Of a DNA stretch of 64,000 nucleotides, positions 28,196-41,206 are shown in pieces (the stretch's first letter is position 1; every line of letters starts with the position of its first letter). The stretch spans positions 22,506,001-22,570,000 of the forward strand of contig OX597834.1 of assembly GCA_951406725.2 (NCBI GenBank), given 5' to 3'. This stretch comes from Octopus vulgaris (Eukaryota). The position numbers and the translations under genes were made by a program. The notes below the pieces were generated by a model. It had not been told where the DNA came from. It saw only the letters and a program-made list of their open reading frames with translations, and ran no database searches.

Positions 28196-28369
28196 ACCAA
28201 TTAAGGACTGAACACGAAAAGTGGACAGTCAACATGCTAGATATAGACGTCAAATCGCCATTCTCCACAAAAGATTATGTTCTCAGATCTTTTGTGGAGA
28301 ATGGCGATTTGACGTCTATATCTAGCGTGTTGACTGTCCACTTTTCGTGTTCGTCAGTCCTTAATTGGT
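28196..28369. repeat. Near-perfect palindrome (about 80-bp arms, 11-bp spacer) flanked by (TA)n
   Basis: 28196-28275 is the reverse complement of 28287-28369 except one 3-nt indel and one transition. Confidence 0.95.
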
Positions 28370-28394
28370 ATATATATATATATATATATTATAC

Positions 28395-28795
28395 CCAACC
28401 ATGGCCGTTGCCAGCTTCGCCTGGCCCCCATGCCGGTGGCACATAAAAAGCATCATCCGATCGTGGCCGTTGCCAGCCCCCGTGCTGGTGGCACGTAAAA
28501 AGTACCACCTGACCGTGGCCGTTGCCAGCCCCGCCTGGCCCCCGTGCCGGTGGCACGTAAAAAGCACCATCCGTCCGTGGCCGTTTGCCAGCCCCGTCTG
28601 GCACCTGTGCCGGTGGCACGTAAAAGGCACCCACTACACTCACGGAGTGGTTGGCGTTAGGAAGGGCATCCAGCCATAGAAACATTGCCAGATCAGACTG
28701 GAGCCTGGTGCAGCCTTCTGGCTTCCCAGACCCCAGTTGAACCGGCCAACCCATGCTAGCAAGGAAAGCGGACGCTAAATGATGATGATGATGTG
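28395..28795 (+). mobile_element. Family C repeat with 4 minisatellite units
   Basis: GGTGGCACGTAAAAAGCACCATCCG units followed by the family C core and (GAT)n. Confidence 0.8.
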
Positions 28796-29172
28796 TCCTT
28801 ATGTATGTATACACTTACATCTACTTGTATATGTGTATGTATATACATATCTATGGGTGGGTGACTATGTCAATATGTGTGTATAATATGCAAGTGCATG
28901 GGTGTATGTACATGTGTGTGTGTGTGTGTTGTGTGGTAAGTAGCTTGGTTATCAACCACATGGACCCAGGTTCGGTTCCACTGCGTGGCACCTTGGGTAA
29001 TTGTCTTCTACTATAGCCTTGGGCCGACCAAAGCCTTATGAGTGGATTTGGTAGATGGCAACTCATATATATATATAGTTTTCCAGTGGATAGCAAGTTC
29101 AAAAGGATCATTATCACTCAATATCCATTTTTTACACTGGCATAGACTGGGATCGTTTAATAGGATCTGACA

Positions 29173-29908
29173 AGCTGCAGGATAGCATCCGGCACCAATG
29201 TATTCTTAGGCATGGTTTCTACAGCTGGCAGCCATTCCTACCACCAACTAATTCATGTGCCTACTGAGTGGTTTCTTCCTACCATCAGCCCAACCTAGTG
29301 TTGAGAAGCTAAAGTATGATAGAGGAAGAAGTGCAGATGTTTGGACACAGAAGAGATACATGGCTTTCCTGCCTTATATAACGATGCTTACTACTTGTAG
29401 TTGAGAGGACATTCACACGGAAGTGTATGTATGTGTGGGTGGGGTTGGGGTTGATGCCACAGCCATAGTTATCATTTGTTGTTGAGGTGTAGTTTGTGTT
29501 TGGAGTTTCAGTGTGAATACATGTTCACATGTGGTCCTAGGTCACATGCATACACACTTTGAACGTTAGAGCTGGCAGTCAGATGTGGATTGTCAGGGAT
29601 ATGGTGAACTGATTGGTTGGAACGCCTCAACTCCAACCCCACCCACACATACATACACTTCCGTGTGAACGTCCTCTCAACTACAAGTAGTAAACATCAT
29701 TATAAAATGCAGGAAAGCCATGTATCTCTTCTGTGTCCAGACATCTGCACTTCTTCCTCTATCATACTTTAGCTTCTCAACAATTGTTTGGGCTGATGGT
29801 AGGAAGAAACCACTCAGTAGGCACATGAATTAGTTGGTGGTAGGAATGGCTGCAAGCTGTAGAAACCATGCCTAAGAATACATTGGTGCCGGATGCAATC
29901 CTGCAGCT
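29173..29908. repeat. Long inverted duplication (about 285-bp arms, about 165-bp spacer)
   Basis: 29173-29457 is the reverse complement of 29624-29908 with few differences. Confidence 0.95.
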
Positions 29909-30406
29909 AGATAGATAGATAGATAGAAGGTGGGGTGGGGAGTAACAAGGGGCAACCTGTAGATAGATCAAAAAGTAGCAAGATGATGTGTAGGGTGAAA
30001 GAATGGAGAGGAGGGAGGGAGGTATATAGTGACAGAGATGGACATAAGGGTGTTGGTATCTGGTCTCTGGGACGTAAGAGTGGCTAGAGTAAGTGGGGTG
30101 ACAATAGTGGAAACAGAGTATCAGTAGTGGACAACGGAGGGCATTGAGAATGTAAGCAGGTATGAGAGGTTGTTAAGGATGAAATACGGTAGACCTAAAA
30201 TGTGGGATGGTGGAGATAACTGAAGGAACTGAAAGCACATGACTGGGAAAGGATGATGATGATGAGAATAAGGACTGGATGCTAATAGGAAATGGTTCCA
30301 GTGGGAAGAAAGAGATAACTAATAGCATAAAAAAACAGTGGATATGTGTGTGTGTGTGAATACATAGCCTTCAATTCATATACACATATACATTTATATC
30401 TATTTA

Positions 30407-30487
<81 letters not shown>

Positions 30488-30600
30488 GAAGTAACAGAAA
30501 AGAGGAATTTCGATTATCCCCACATGGTGAGTTGTAATGTATATAAGAAATTAGAAAAGGAAAATACGCACACTTAGATAGTTTTAATATAATTTTTAAT

Positions 30601-30635
30601 ATATCGACCGGTTTCGCTATTGCTATTCATGATAT
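30601..30635 (-). ncRNA. Minimal type I hammerhead ribozyme motif, A3-U8 core variant
   Basis: AUAUC-AUGAAUA-GC-AAUA-GC-GAAA-CCGG-UC|GAUAU: 5-bp stem I, G10.1-C11.1 stem II, palindromic ACCGGU stem III, GUC triplet. Confidence 0.6.
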
Positions 30636-30919
30636 TATGTTTTACTTATTTGAATATATATTTTTTCTTAAGAAATTTGGTCCATGTTGTGTGTGATGAA
30701 AAAATATATATATGTATTCTTTTACTCATTTTAGGCATATGACTGCGGCCATGCGGGAGCACTGTCTTTAGTCAAACAAATCGACCCCAGGACTTATTCT
30801 TTGTAAGCCTAGTACTTATTTTATCGTTCTCTTTTGCCGAACCGCTAAGTTACAGGGACATAAACACACCACCATCGGTTGTCAAGCGATGTTGGGGAGA
30901 CAAACACAGACACACACAA

Positions 30920-30960
<41 letters not shown>

Positions 30961-30976
30961 GATATATATATATATA

Positions 30977-31562
30977 CTGGCTTCTGTGCTGGTGGCACAT
31001 AAAAAGCACCATCCGAACGTGGCCGATGCCAGCACCGCCTTGGCTGGCTTCCGTGCCAGTGGCACATTAAAAGCACCAACCGATCGTGGCCGATGCCAGA
31101 CCCCCCCCCCCCCCGGCACCTGTGCAGGTGGCACGTAAAAAGCACCCACTACACTCGCGGAGTGGTTGGCGTTAGGAAGGGCATCCAGCCGTAGAAACAC
31201 TGCCAGATCAGACTGGAGCTGCCCCTGGCTTCCCAGACCCCGGTCGAACCGTCCAACCCGTGCTAGCGCGGAAAACGGATGTTAAACGATGATGATAGTG
31301 ATGATGATGATATATATCATCATCATCATTTAACGTCTGCTTTCCATGCTAGCATGAGTTGGACGGTTCAACTGGGGTCTGGGAAGCCAGAAGGCTGCAC
31401 CAGGCCCAGTCAGATCTGGCAGTGTTTCTACAGCTGGATGCCCTTCCTAACGCCAACCACTCCATGAGTGTAGTGGGTGCTTTTTACGTGCCACCGACAC
31501 AGGTGCCAGACAAGGCTGGCGAACGGCCACGCTCAGATGGTGCGTTTTACGTGCCACCGGCA
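30977..31562. mobile_element. Two family C repeats tail-to-tail (30977-31310 plus strand; 31317-31562 minus strand)
   Basis: (GAT)n immediately followed by (CAT)n, with mirrored cores. Confidence 0.8.
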
Positions 31563-31866
31563 CTGTGCTGTCAGTGAACAGGTTGCAGTCCCAAAGCGAC
31601 GAAAATATTTTGACAAATTGAATTTAAATGTTGAAGTGAATCTAACGGCCCTTGTGCGTTTCTCAAATGGCTCATAAACACCTTCCACGCTGCGATTGTA
31701 TACAATGTTTGTTGTCTATATAAGTTGAACTATTGAGAGTGAATGCAGTGCAAGGCTGGTGAGATGGATGGGAACCATCAACCTTTTAATAAATAAGACA
31801 GCATCTTCTTAGCTTAAAAAGTTGAAAGTTTTAAAGTTAAAATAAAATTTCAAAAAAAGTTAACTC

Positions 31867-31932
<66 letters not shown>

Positions 31933-32194
31933 TATATATATACACACATATATATATATATATACACATATATATACGATGGGCTTCTTTCAGTTTCTGT
32001 CTACCAAATCCACTCACAAGGCTTTTGTCGGCTCGAGGCTATAGTAGAAGACACTTGCCCCAAATGCCACATAGTGAGACTGAACTTTGGAGACATGTGG
32101 TTATTATCAAGCTACTTATCACACAACCACTTCTGCGCTATGTGTGTTTGTGTATGACAGCTTGAGCAATGTAAATTAAATGAGGATGATGAAA

Positions 32195-32895
<701 letters not shown>

Positions 32896-32980
32896 TCAAT
32901 ACATATATGATTTTTTTATCTATATGTGTGTGTGTGTGTGTGTGTGTAATCAAATAAATTATATATTCATCAATACTTGC

Positions 32981-33400
32981 CTGTCTTATTTTCCTCCAAT
33001 TCTTGTTCTCAGCGGAATATAGATACGTTATATTGTGTCTTAGAAGTCTCTCTTTTCGTTGATGCTGTTTCAGTAAGTAAATAGACAAGGCAAGCCGATC
33101 GCAGTCCTGTCTCTGTCTCTTAGCTTCAAGTTTCTCAGTTCAGCTGTCACACTACACAGAAGAGGAAACCAATAGTCCGACAAGTGTTCCGAGAGATGGG
33201 CTGAGTGCGGGAGAGAGAGAGGGGCGGAGGAAGAGAATGTGAAGGAGAGAGAGAGAGAGAGGTAGATAATGTGAGATGCTGTGAAGTTCAGTGCAATGTA
33301 CACAGAGAAGCGTTTCCCTGTAAACCCCTATGTGACCTCGACCATCCCTCTCCCCTCTGGCGCTGGACATTATCAATAGTAGGGACACAGAGGCATCCAC
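32981..33400 (-). promoter_or_regulatory. Candidate promoter and non-coding first exon of the GPCR gene
   Basis: Unique, CpG-containing island between simple repeats; GGGGCGGAGG GC-box at 33221-33230 next to GA tracts; minus-strand CAG|GCAAGT (GC-AG donor consensus) at 32981/32980. The GPCR ATG directly follows an acceptor, which implies an upstream exon. Confidence 0.4.
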
Positions 33401-33429
33401 AATGGCTTTTATAATAACAACAGGGATAA

Positions 33430-34346
33430 GAATGATGATGATGAAAATGATGGTGGTGGTGATGATGATGATGAAAATGATGATGGTGGTGGTGATGTTG
33501 ATGATGAAAATGGTGGTGGTGGTGATGATGATGATGAAAATGATGATGGTGGTGGTGATGATTATGATGAAAATGGTGGTGGTGGTGATGACGATGAGGA
33601 TGATGAAAATGATGGTGGTGATGATGATGAAAATGATGGTGGTGGTGATGATGTAAATGATGGTGGTGGTGGTGGTGATGATGATGAAAATGATGGTGGT
33701 GGTGGTGGTGATGATGAAAATGATGGTGATGGTGGTGATGATGAAAATGATGGTGATGATGGTGGTGATGAAAATGATGGTGATAATGATGATGATGGTG
33801 GCAGTGGTGGTGGTGATGGTTTACTGATGTTGGTGGGGGTGGTGGTTATGATGATGAGGAATATGATGTGGACGATGTGGAAAAGTAGGGAGATGATTTT
33901 GATGATGATGACAATGGTGGTGTTTGTAGTGGTGGTGGTTATGGTGATGATGATGATGATGATAATGGTGTGGAAAATTAGGGAGATGACGGTGACGATG
34001 GTGGTGGTGGTGTTTATGATGTGATGATGATAATGATGCAGATATGATAAGCAGGGAGGGGATGAGGATGTCAAAGACAGCAAAATAAAAAAGAAGATAA
34101 AGAGGAAGAGGAGAGAAAGTTGATAATGATGGTGATGGTTATGATGATGATTATGATGATGATTATGAGAAGGGTGCAGGATGGTTATGGAATGGTAATA
34201 AATATGACGATGATGATACTAACGATGCTGATAGTGGTGATGATGGTAACAATACAAATGATTGGAATAGTGCTGGTAGTGATGGTGATGATGATGACAA
34301 TGATGATGATGATAGTACTTATACTATCATGATGGTGGTGGTGTTG

Positions 34347-34378
<32 letters not shown>

Positions 34379-34560
34379 GGTAGTGGTGATGATGAAAATG
34401 ATGGTGATGGTGATAATGATGATGATGGTGGCGGTGATGGTTTACTGATGTTGGTGATGACATTTATCATGATGGTGGTGGTGAAAGTGATGATGATGAT
34501 AATGTTAGTAGTGATGATGATGGTGGTGATAGTGATGATACTAATGATGATGACACTGTT
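33430..34560. repeat. Cryptic (GAT/GGT)n trinucleotide region
   Basis: Direct inspection; a similar tract lies at 17767-18020. Confidence 0.95.
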
Positions 34561-34996
34561 GAATGCATATCCTATACTTTCTATAAAGATTAGAGCAAGA
34601 ACTAAACTATTAACTGTTGTCGGTAGCAGAGAGTATGGGGAGGGGGGCATTGGTGATGGTGGTGGTGGTGACATGTATGTAGGAGGTAGGTTCAGAAAGG
34701 AAATGGACAGACCAGAAAATGATGGATGAGGCTGACAGAGAGAGAGAGAGAGAGAGAGACAAGAGAAGGGAGGAAACTCTTGGTGGAAAGTCATTATTAA
34801 TTCTACAACATTCATTGAATCTATTTAAATTCTTCTCTCATCCAGAATGCTTAACAGGAATATTGAAAAATGACCTCAGTATTTTGTCTAATACTTTGGC
34901 GAACCCAATCCTGGACGGAGGGCAGAATCAATCTTAAATCGAGAGATAATGTAATGAAATTTGTACATCCTTAAAGAGATCTAAATTAAAACCTTC

Positions 34997-35410
34997 CTAT
35001 TTCTTAATTACCCACAAGGGGCTAAACACAGAGAGGACAAACAAGGACAGACATAGGTATTAAGTCGATTACATCGACCCCAGTGCGTAACTGGTACTTA
35101 ATTTATCGACCCCGAAAGGATGAAAGGCAAAGTCGACCTCGGCGGAATTTGAACTCAGAACGTAACAGCAGATGAAATACCTATTTCTTTATTAACCACA
35201 AGGGGCTAAACACAGAGAGGACAAACAAGGACAGGCATAGGTATTAAGTCGATTACATCGACCCCAGTGCGTAACTAGTACTTAATTTATCGACCCCGAA
35301 AGGATGAAAGGCAAAGTCGACCTCGGCGGAATTTGAACTCACAACGTAACGGCAGACGAAATACCGCTAAGCATTTCGCCGGCGTGCTAATGTTTCTGCC
35401 AGCTCGCCAC
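34997..35410 (-). mobile_element. SINE family B with a duplicated 3' part (partial dimer)
   Basis: GGCGAGCTGGCAGAAAC head, GAGTTCAAATTCC B box, GCCTTTCATCCTTTCGGGGTCGATAAA central domain; a unit of about 183 bp is repeated. Confidence 0.85.
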
Positions 35411-35596
35411 CTTTATTAAAACCTTCCATCAAAATTTCATGCAAAAATGGTGTTCCAAACACTGGATTTAATAACGAGGAAGTTATTTTACTAAATTCTT
35501 CATTATTTAAAAAATTATTCAAACAATGGTAGTGTATTTCTACAGAAGTACACCTGTTTGGGCACCTGATCACTGGAAACAATAAGTTCATTATAT

Positions 35597-35957
35597 TACT
35601 CTTTTACTTGTTTCAGTCATTTGACTGCAGCCATGCTGGAGCGCCGCCTTTAGTCGAACAAATCGACCCCCGGGACTTATTCTTTGTAAGCCCAGTACTT
35701 ATTCTATCGCTCTCTTTTGTTGAACCGCTAAGTAACGGAGACATAAACACACCAGCGTCGGTCGTCAAGCAATGCTACAGGGACAAACATACACACACAT
35801 ATATACGACGGGCTTCTTTCAGTTTCCATCTACCAAATCCACTCACAAGGCTTTGGCTGGCCCGAAGCTATAGTAGAAGACACTTGCCCAAGATGCCACG
35901 CAGTGAGACTGAACCCGGAACCATGTGGTTGGTAAGCAAGCTACTTACCACACAGCC
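35597..35957 (-). mobile_element. SINE family A
   Basis: Reverse-complement match to the family A consensus seen in the other copies. Confidence 0.85.
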
Positions 35958-36252
35958 AAAAATTGTTAATCTTATTCTTTTTGTCAACCCTTTAATTGCA
36001 AAATTAAATTTCTTGGTTATTCCTGTAATCATCTGCGTTATCATTTAATATTTGTTTTCCATGCTGACACAGGTTGGATAGCAAGGCCAGGGTCACATCT
36101 GGTTCCATAGTCTGTTTGGCTTTGGTTTCAACAGAAATATGCCCTTCCTAATGCCAAACACTTTACAGAGTGTAATGATGTTTGATATCTACCAAAAATA
36201 GAATTGGTATTTTCTGAGAACAACACTGCCTCAATAAACTTGACATATCTTC

Positions 36253-36775
36253 GACAAAAATTAAATAATTTCAAGCATGACATTCTTAAATAAAAGATGG
36301 AATGGTACATACAGTTGCCTTTCTGCAATTAAGACTAACGACATTTTGAGTGGATATATCTCATATCCACAGTGAAATGGGTTAACCTTCTATTAAAATT
36401 CCAGGGCTATAGTGAAAGACATCTGCCAAATGTACCACTTAGTGAGATTGAACCCAAAGCCATGTAGTTGGAAAGCAAACTTCTTAAAACACACAGGCCA
36501 CGTCTGTCCTTACCAAATTTCCACCTTCAACAAAAATTAAATAATTTCAAGCATGACACTTAAACAAAAGCGAATATTAAAATGTCTCTCAATATCTAAC
36601 TGACATTTTGAGTGGATATATCTCATATCCACAGTGAAAAGGGGTTAACGGTTGATTATGGTTCCAGGGCTATAGTGAAAGACATCTGCACAAAATGTAC
36701 CACTTAGTGAGATTGAACAAAGCCATGTAGTTGGGAAAGCAAACTTCTTAAAACACACAGCCACGTCTGTCCTTA
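36253..36775. repeat. Tandem duplication of about 270 bp
   Basis: CAAAAATTAAATAATTTCAAGCATGACA...CCACGTCTGTCCTTA occurs twice. Confidence 0.85.
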
Positions 36776-36958
36776 AAATTTCTTCACTTCCAGAACACTT
36801 AACGCGAATATTAAAATGTCTCTCAATATCTCACTGGCCCTTAATTTTATTGACCCCACAAAAAGAATAAAGATAAAGGTTGATATAGTAAACTATCCCT
36901 TTCTTCAACAAAATTTGTGACATTGTATATCTAGAGGAAATAATTCCAAATTATAGAT

Positions 36959-37437
36959 CAGCAGTTCTCAATTGAGGTCCTTATGACCCCAAGTGGGTCA
37001 TATGTGGCAAACCTAAATGGTGCTCTTAGGGATCTATATAAGATTTTGTTGTGAAAATTTAATTTGCAATAAACTAGTTATTCCTCTGCAATATACAAAA
37101 TATTTGTTTATTGTCCACAGGGGGCTAAACATAGACAAGGACAGAGGGATTAAGTCAATTACACCGACCCCAGTGCATAATTGGTAGTTATTTAATTGAC
37201 CTCCAAAAAGATGAAAGGCAAAGTCGACCTCGGCGGAATTTGAACTCAGAACATAACGGCAGGCAAAATACCGTTAAGCATTTTTCCCTGCTGCTAACGT
37301 TTCTGCCAGCTAATAACATTTAATTGTTAAAACAGGAGATTTTAGACATTCAATGGCTAAGAGGGTTCCTTCTCCCTCTCCCCACATAAAATAGAAATCA
37401 AAGGGGCCCAGGAGTAAAATATAGTTGAGAACCACTG
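36959..37437. mobile_element. hAT-like MITE containing a SINE (about 37105-37310)
   Basis: TIR CAGCAGTTCTCAA / TTGAGAACCACTG; partially matching 8-bp flanks TTATAGAT and ATATGGTT. Confidence 0.6.
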
Positions 37438-37549
37438 ATATGGTTGGGTATAACTTCTTAATGTATGATGATGATGATGTTAGTAGTGACATGGTGGTGG
37501 TGACAGTGGTGGTGGTGGTAGCAACAGTTTAACAGCAGCAAAGGTAGTA

Positions 37550-37780
37550 GTGGTGGTGGGAGTGGATGGCATAGTGGTGGTTGTAGCAGCAACCGTTGTG
37601 GTGGTGGTGGTGGTGGTGGCAGTAGTTACAACAGTAGTGGCAGTGAGAACAAAGGTTCTGGTGGTGGTGGTGGGAGTGGAAGGCATAGTGGTGGTTGTAG
37701 CAGCAACCGTTGTGGTGGTGGTGGTGGCAGTAGTTACAACAGTAGTGGCAGTGAGAACAAAGGTTCTGGTGGTGGTGGTG
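37550..37780. repeat. GGT-rich tandem duplication (about 115 bp x2)
   Basis: GGGAGTGGA.GGCATAGTGGTGGTTGTAGCAGCAACCG...GTGAGAACAAAGGTTCTGG occurs twice. Confidence 0.85.
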
Positions 37781-38707
37781 GTAGTAACAGAAGTGATTGC
37801 AGTGGCAGTGGTGGTGGTGGTGGGAATGAAGAGCATGGTGGTGATGGTGAAGGTGGAAATGATGATATTGATGACAATGACAACTATGATGATGATGATG
37901 ACGATGACAAATACTTAGACTGAGCTAATGGAAATAAACGAGGCAAGGATAACGAGGAAAAGCAGAAGTGACATATTGGTTGTAAGAAACAAGACCTCAA
38001 TGTGTGTGTGTGTGTGTGTGTAAGTGTGTGCACGTGTGTTTGAATGTGTATGTGTGTGTGCATGCACATGTGTGTTTGAATGTGTGTATGTGCACGTGTG
38101 TTTGAATGTGTATGTGTGTGCATGCACGTGTGTTTGAATGTGTGTATGTGTGAGTGTGCATGTGTTTGAATGTGTCTATATGTGTGTGTGTGTGCATGCA
38201 TGTGCACATGTTTGAATGTGTTTGTACGTGTGTGTATGTCCGTGTGTGTGCACACATGTGCACGTTTGAATGTGTGTTGGTGTGCATTTGCATGTGTGCA
38301 TACATGCATGTATGTTTGTGTGAGTTTGCGTTTAAGTGTATGCTTGTATGTATGTGTGTTTATGTTTGTATGCATGCGTGTTTGAATGTGTCCGTGCTTG
38401 TATGTGTGTATGGATATTTGTGTGTTTTTATGTGTGTGTGTGTGTGCATGTTGCATGTGAACGTGTGTATTCTGATGTGTGTTCATGTGAGCATATGTTT
38501 ATGTTTTGTTGGAAGGCACATGGCCTTGTGGTGAGGCTATCAATCATAACATCATAGGTTCGATTTCTGCTCCAGACAGCATGCTGCATCCTTGGGGAAG
38601 GCACTTCATTTCATATTTCTCCATTCTGCTGAGCTGTAAATAAACACCAGCCAATTACTGGTACTTTCCTTGTCTCTCTCTCTAATGGTGATATCTCCTA
38701 TATCCCT

Positions 38708-38920
38708 CTGGTAGAAACGTTAGCACGCCAGGCGAAATGCGTAGCCATATTTCGTCTGCCATTATGTTCTGAGTTCAAATTCCGCCGAGGTCGACTTTGC
38801 CTTTCATTCTTTCGGGGTTGATAAATTAAGTACTAGTTACGCACTGGGGGTCGATATAATCGACTTAGTCTGTTTGTCTGTCCTCTCTGTGTTTAGCCCC
38901 TTGTGGGTAGTAAAGAAATA
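38708..38920 (+). mobile_element. SINE family B
   Basis: Same consensus; other copies at about 30-180, 46730-46930, 53930-54110, 54385-54590 and 59364-59593. Confidence 0.85.
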
Positions 38921-39709
38921 TATATTCCTCTGGAGCCAAGGACAAGACAGCCAAGAGGGTGCCTGTGTCAATTTGTGATGGTGTGTAGATTGGTGGTTGG
39001 TGGTTAAACTATTTGTCTTGTGGTTCTAAAGTCATGAGTTCAATTCCTGGTGGCACATTGTGTTTCTTGGGCAAGACACTTTATTTCACATTACTCCAGT
39101 CCACTCAGCTAGCAAAAATGAGTTGTACCTGTAATACAAAGGGACCAGCCTTGTCACGCTGTATCAGCCTGAGGACAACATTAAGGCTCACACCTGGCCT
39201 CCGTGCCGGTGGCACGTAAAAAGCACCATCCGATCGTGGCCATTTGACTGCCTTGTCTGGCACCTGTGCCAGTGGCACGTAAAAAGCACCCACTACACTC
39301 ACGGAGTGGTTGGCATTAGGAAGGGCATCCAGCCGTAGAAACATTGCCAGATCAGACTGGGTCTGATGCAGCCTTCTGGCTTCCCAGACCCCAGTTGAAC
39401 CGTCCAACCCATGCCAGCATGGAAAGCGGACGCTAAACGATGATGATGATGATGATGATGTCTGTGGATTACTCAGCCCCTTGCACGCTAAGTTCATGAA
39501 CAGGTTGTTTCATTGATCAAATCGACTGGAACCCTCATCGTCATAACTGACAGATTACCAGCTGCACAGGAGCGAAAGCGAGAAGGCAGCTCAGCATATG
39601 TTTCTGCAAGCGATTGAGCTTATATTTGTTGTGTGTGTTTGTTTGTATGTATGAGTGTGTGAGAGAGAGAGAGAAAATGAGTGTGTATGAGAGTGAGCGT
39701 GTGTGAGAG

Positions 39710-40141
39710 TTGAGCATGAGTGTGTGTGTGTGTGTGTCAGTAAGCATGTGTGTTGTGTGTATGTGTGAATGAGCATGAGTGTGTGTGTGTGTGTGTGTCA
39801 GTAAGCATGTGTGTTGTGTGTATGTGTGAATGAGCATGAGTGTGTGTGTGTGTGTGTGTGTCAGTAAGCATATGTGTGTTGTGTGTATGTGTGAATGAGC
39901 ATGTGTGTGTGTGTGTGTGTCAGTAAGCATATGTGTTGTGTGTATGTGTGAATGAGCATGAGTGTGTGTGTGTGTGTGTGTCAGTAAGCATGTGTGTTGT
40001 GTGTATGTGTGAATGAGCATGAGTGTGTGTGTGTGTGTGTGTCAGTAAGCATATGTGTGTTGTGTGTATGTGTGAATGAGCATGGGTGTGTGTGTGTGTG
40101 TCAGTAAGCATATGTATGTTATGTGTATGTGTGAATGAGCA
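39710..40141. repeat. Minisatellite, about 60-bp unit, about 7 copies
   Basis: GAGCATGA(GT)nCAGTAAGCATGTGTGTTGTGTGTATGTGTGAAT repeated. Confidence 0.95.
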
Positions 40142-41170
40142 TTTTGTGAACAAGTGATTAAACCATCAGAGTTTTGCTTTGTCACTAACCTAGTATTAAG
40201 CGCCAGCATTGACCATCCCCTCATAAAAGGAAAGTGAGATCAGGGGCTGAGCTGGGCCTAAATAACAGCATTAAACCCAATAATTTACAGGGGGTCTGTT
40301 TGAATAGGAGCTGAGCCTGGCCTAAACAACATAATTAAATTCACTAATTTACAGGGAGTCTATTTGGTTAGGTCAGGGGTGATCATTGGACAAAACAGCA
40401 TCAAACACTCTGAGATGGATTAGTTTAGTGCTTCCCATAGTGAAAGCTTGGTTCCTATCTAAAATCTCAGAGAAAGAAACCTGTTTCTTGCATCAGAATC
40501 ATCTAAAGCAGAAGTGTTTCATGGATCCACAAAATACAGTTGTGGACAAAAATTTTGTAAGGACCCCCAAAGGTTATATGAGCCCTAAGAGGTCATATGG
40601 AACCCAGTTGAGAACAACTGATCAAATCCAACACTGAAAGCCTTTGATTATATAATTCCACTGAAGAATATTTGAAGCCAAACAATACAAGACATTTCAT
40701 TCTTTTGGTTCAGTCAGCTGCTGCTTCTGACGATTTTACCAAAAAGTTCTCATGTCTCTTATCGTAATAAATGATGACTTCAGAGCTATATTTGTTTATA
40801 GGAAATAAATAACAAAAGATAAACAAACATTAAGGCCAACTCTTATCTAGAATGAATTATTGTAGATAAGATTGTAACAATTCACTCTGATCTAATAACC
40901 TTGTATTGAGATATAGAAAATGCGTTGGCTTTATATATATATATAAATGTAAATGGATGAATGAATTATCCTTTGTTTACCGTTAACATGGAAAATTCAA
41001 TAAACAGTTACCAGGGTAGCAAAATTTACGCAAGTAACAAGGATGTAGCGACCTATTCAAAGGTAGAAACTCCGGGCTAATGTACAGTAATTTGTATAGT
41101 ATAAGTAAATAAATGGAGTTGAACACATGTTATTCAAATTCTTTTACTTTCGACATATGTTTTGAAGACT

Positions 41171-41206
<36 letters not shown>

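Noticed and set aside
31562-31872. Possible mariner-type transposon end
   Set aside because: No partner TIR or transposase motif identified.
33402-34815. Met/Val-, His- and Ser/Pro-rich ORFs (superficially reflectin- or mucin-like)
   Set aside because: GAT/GGT trinucleotide repeats open in several frames; no reflectin motif.
39710-40141. CRISPR-like regularly spaced repeats (also 61010-61290)
   Set aside because: No unique spacers, no cas genes, eukaryotic context; ordinary minisatellites.
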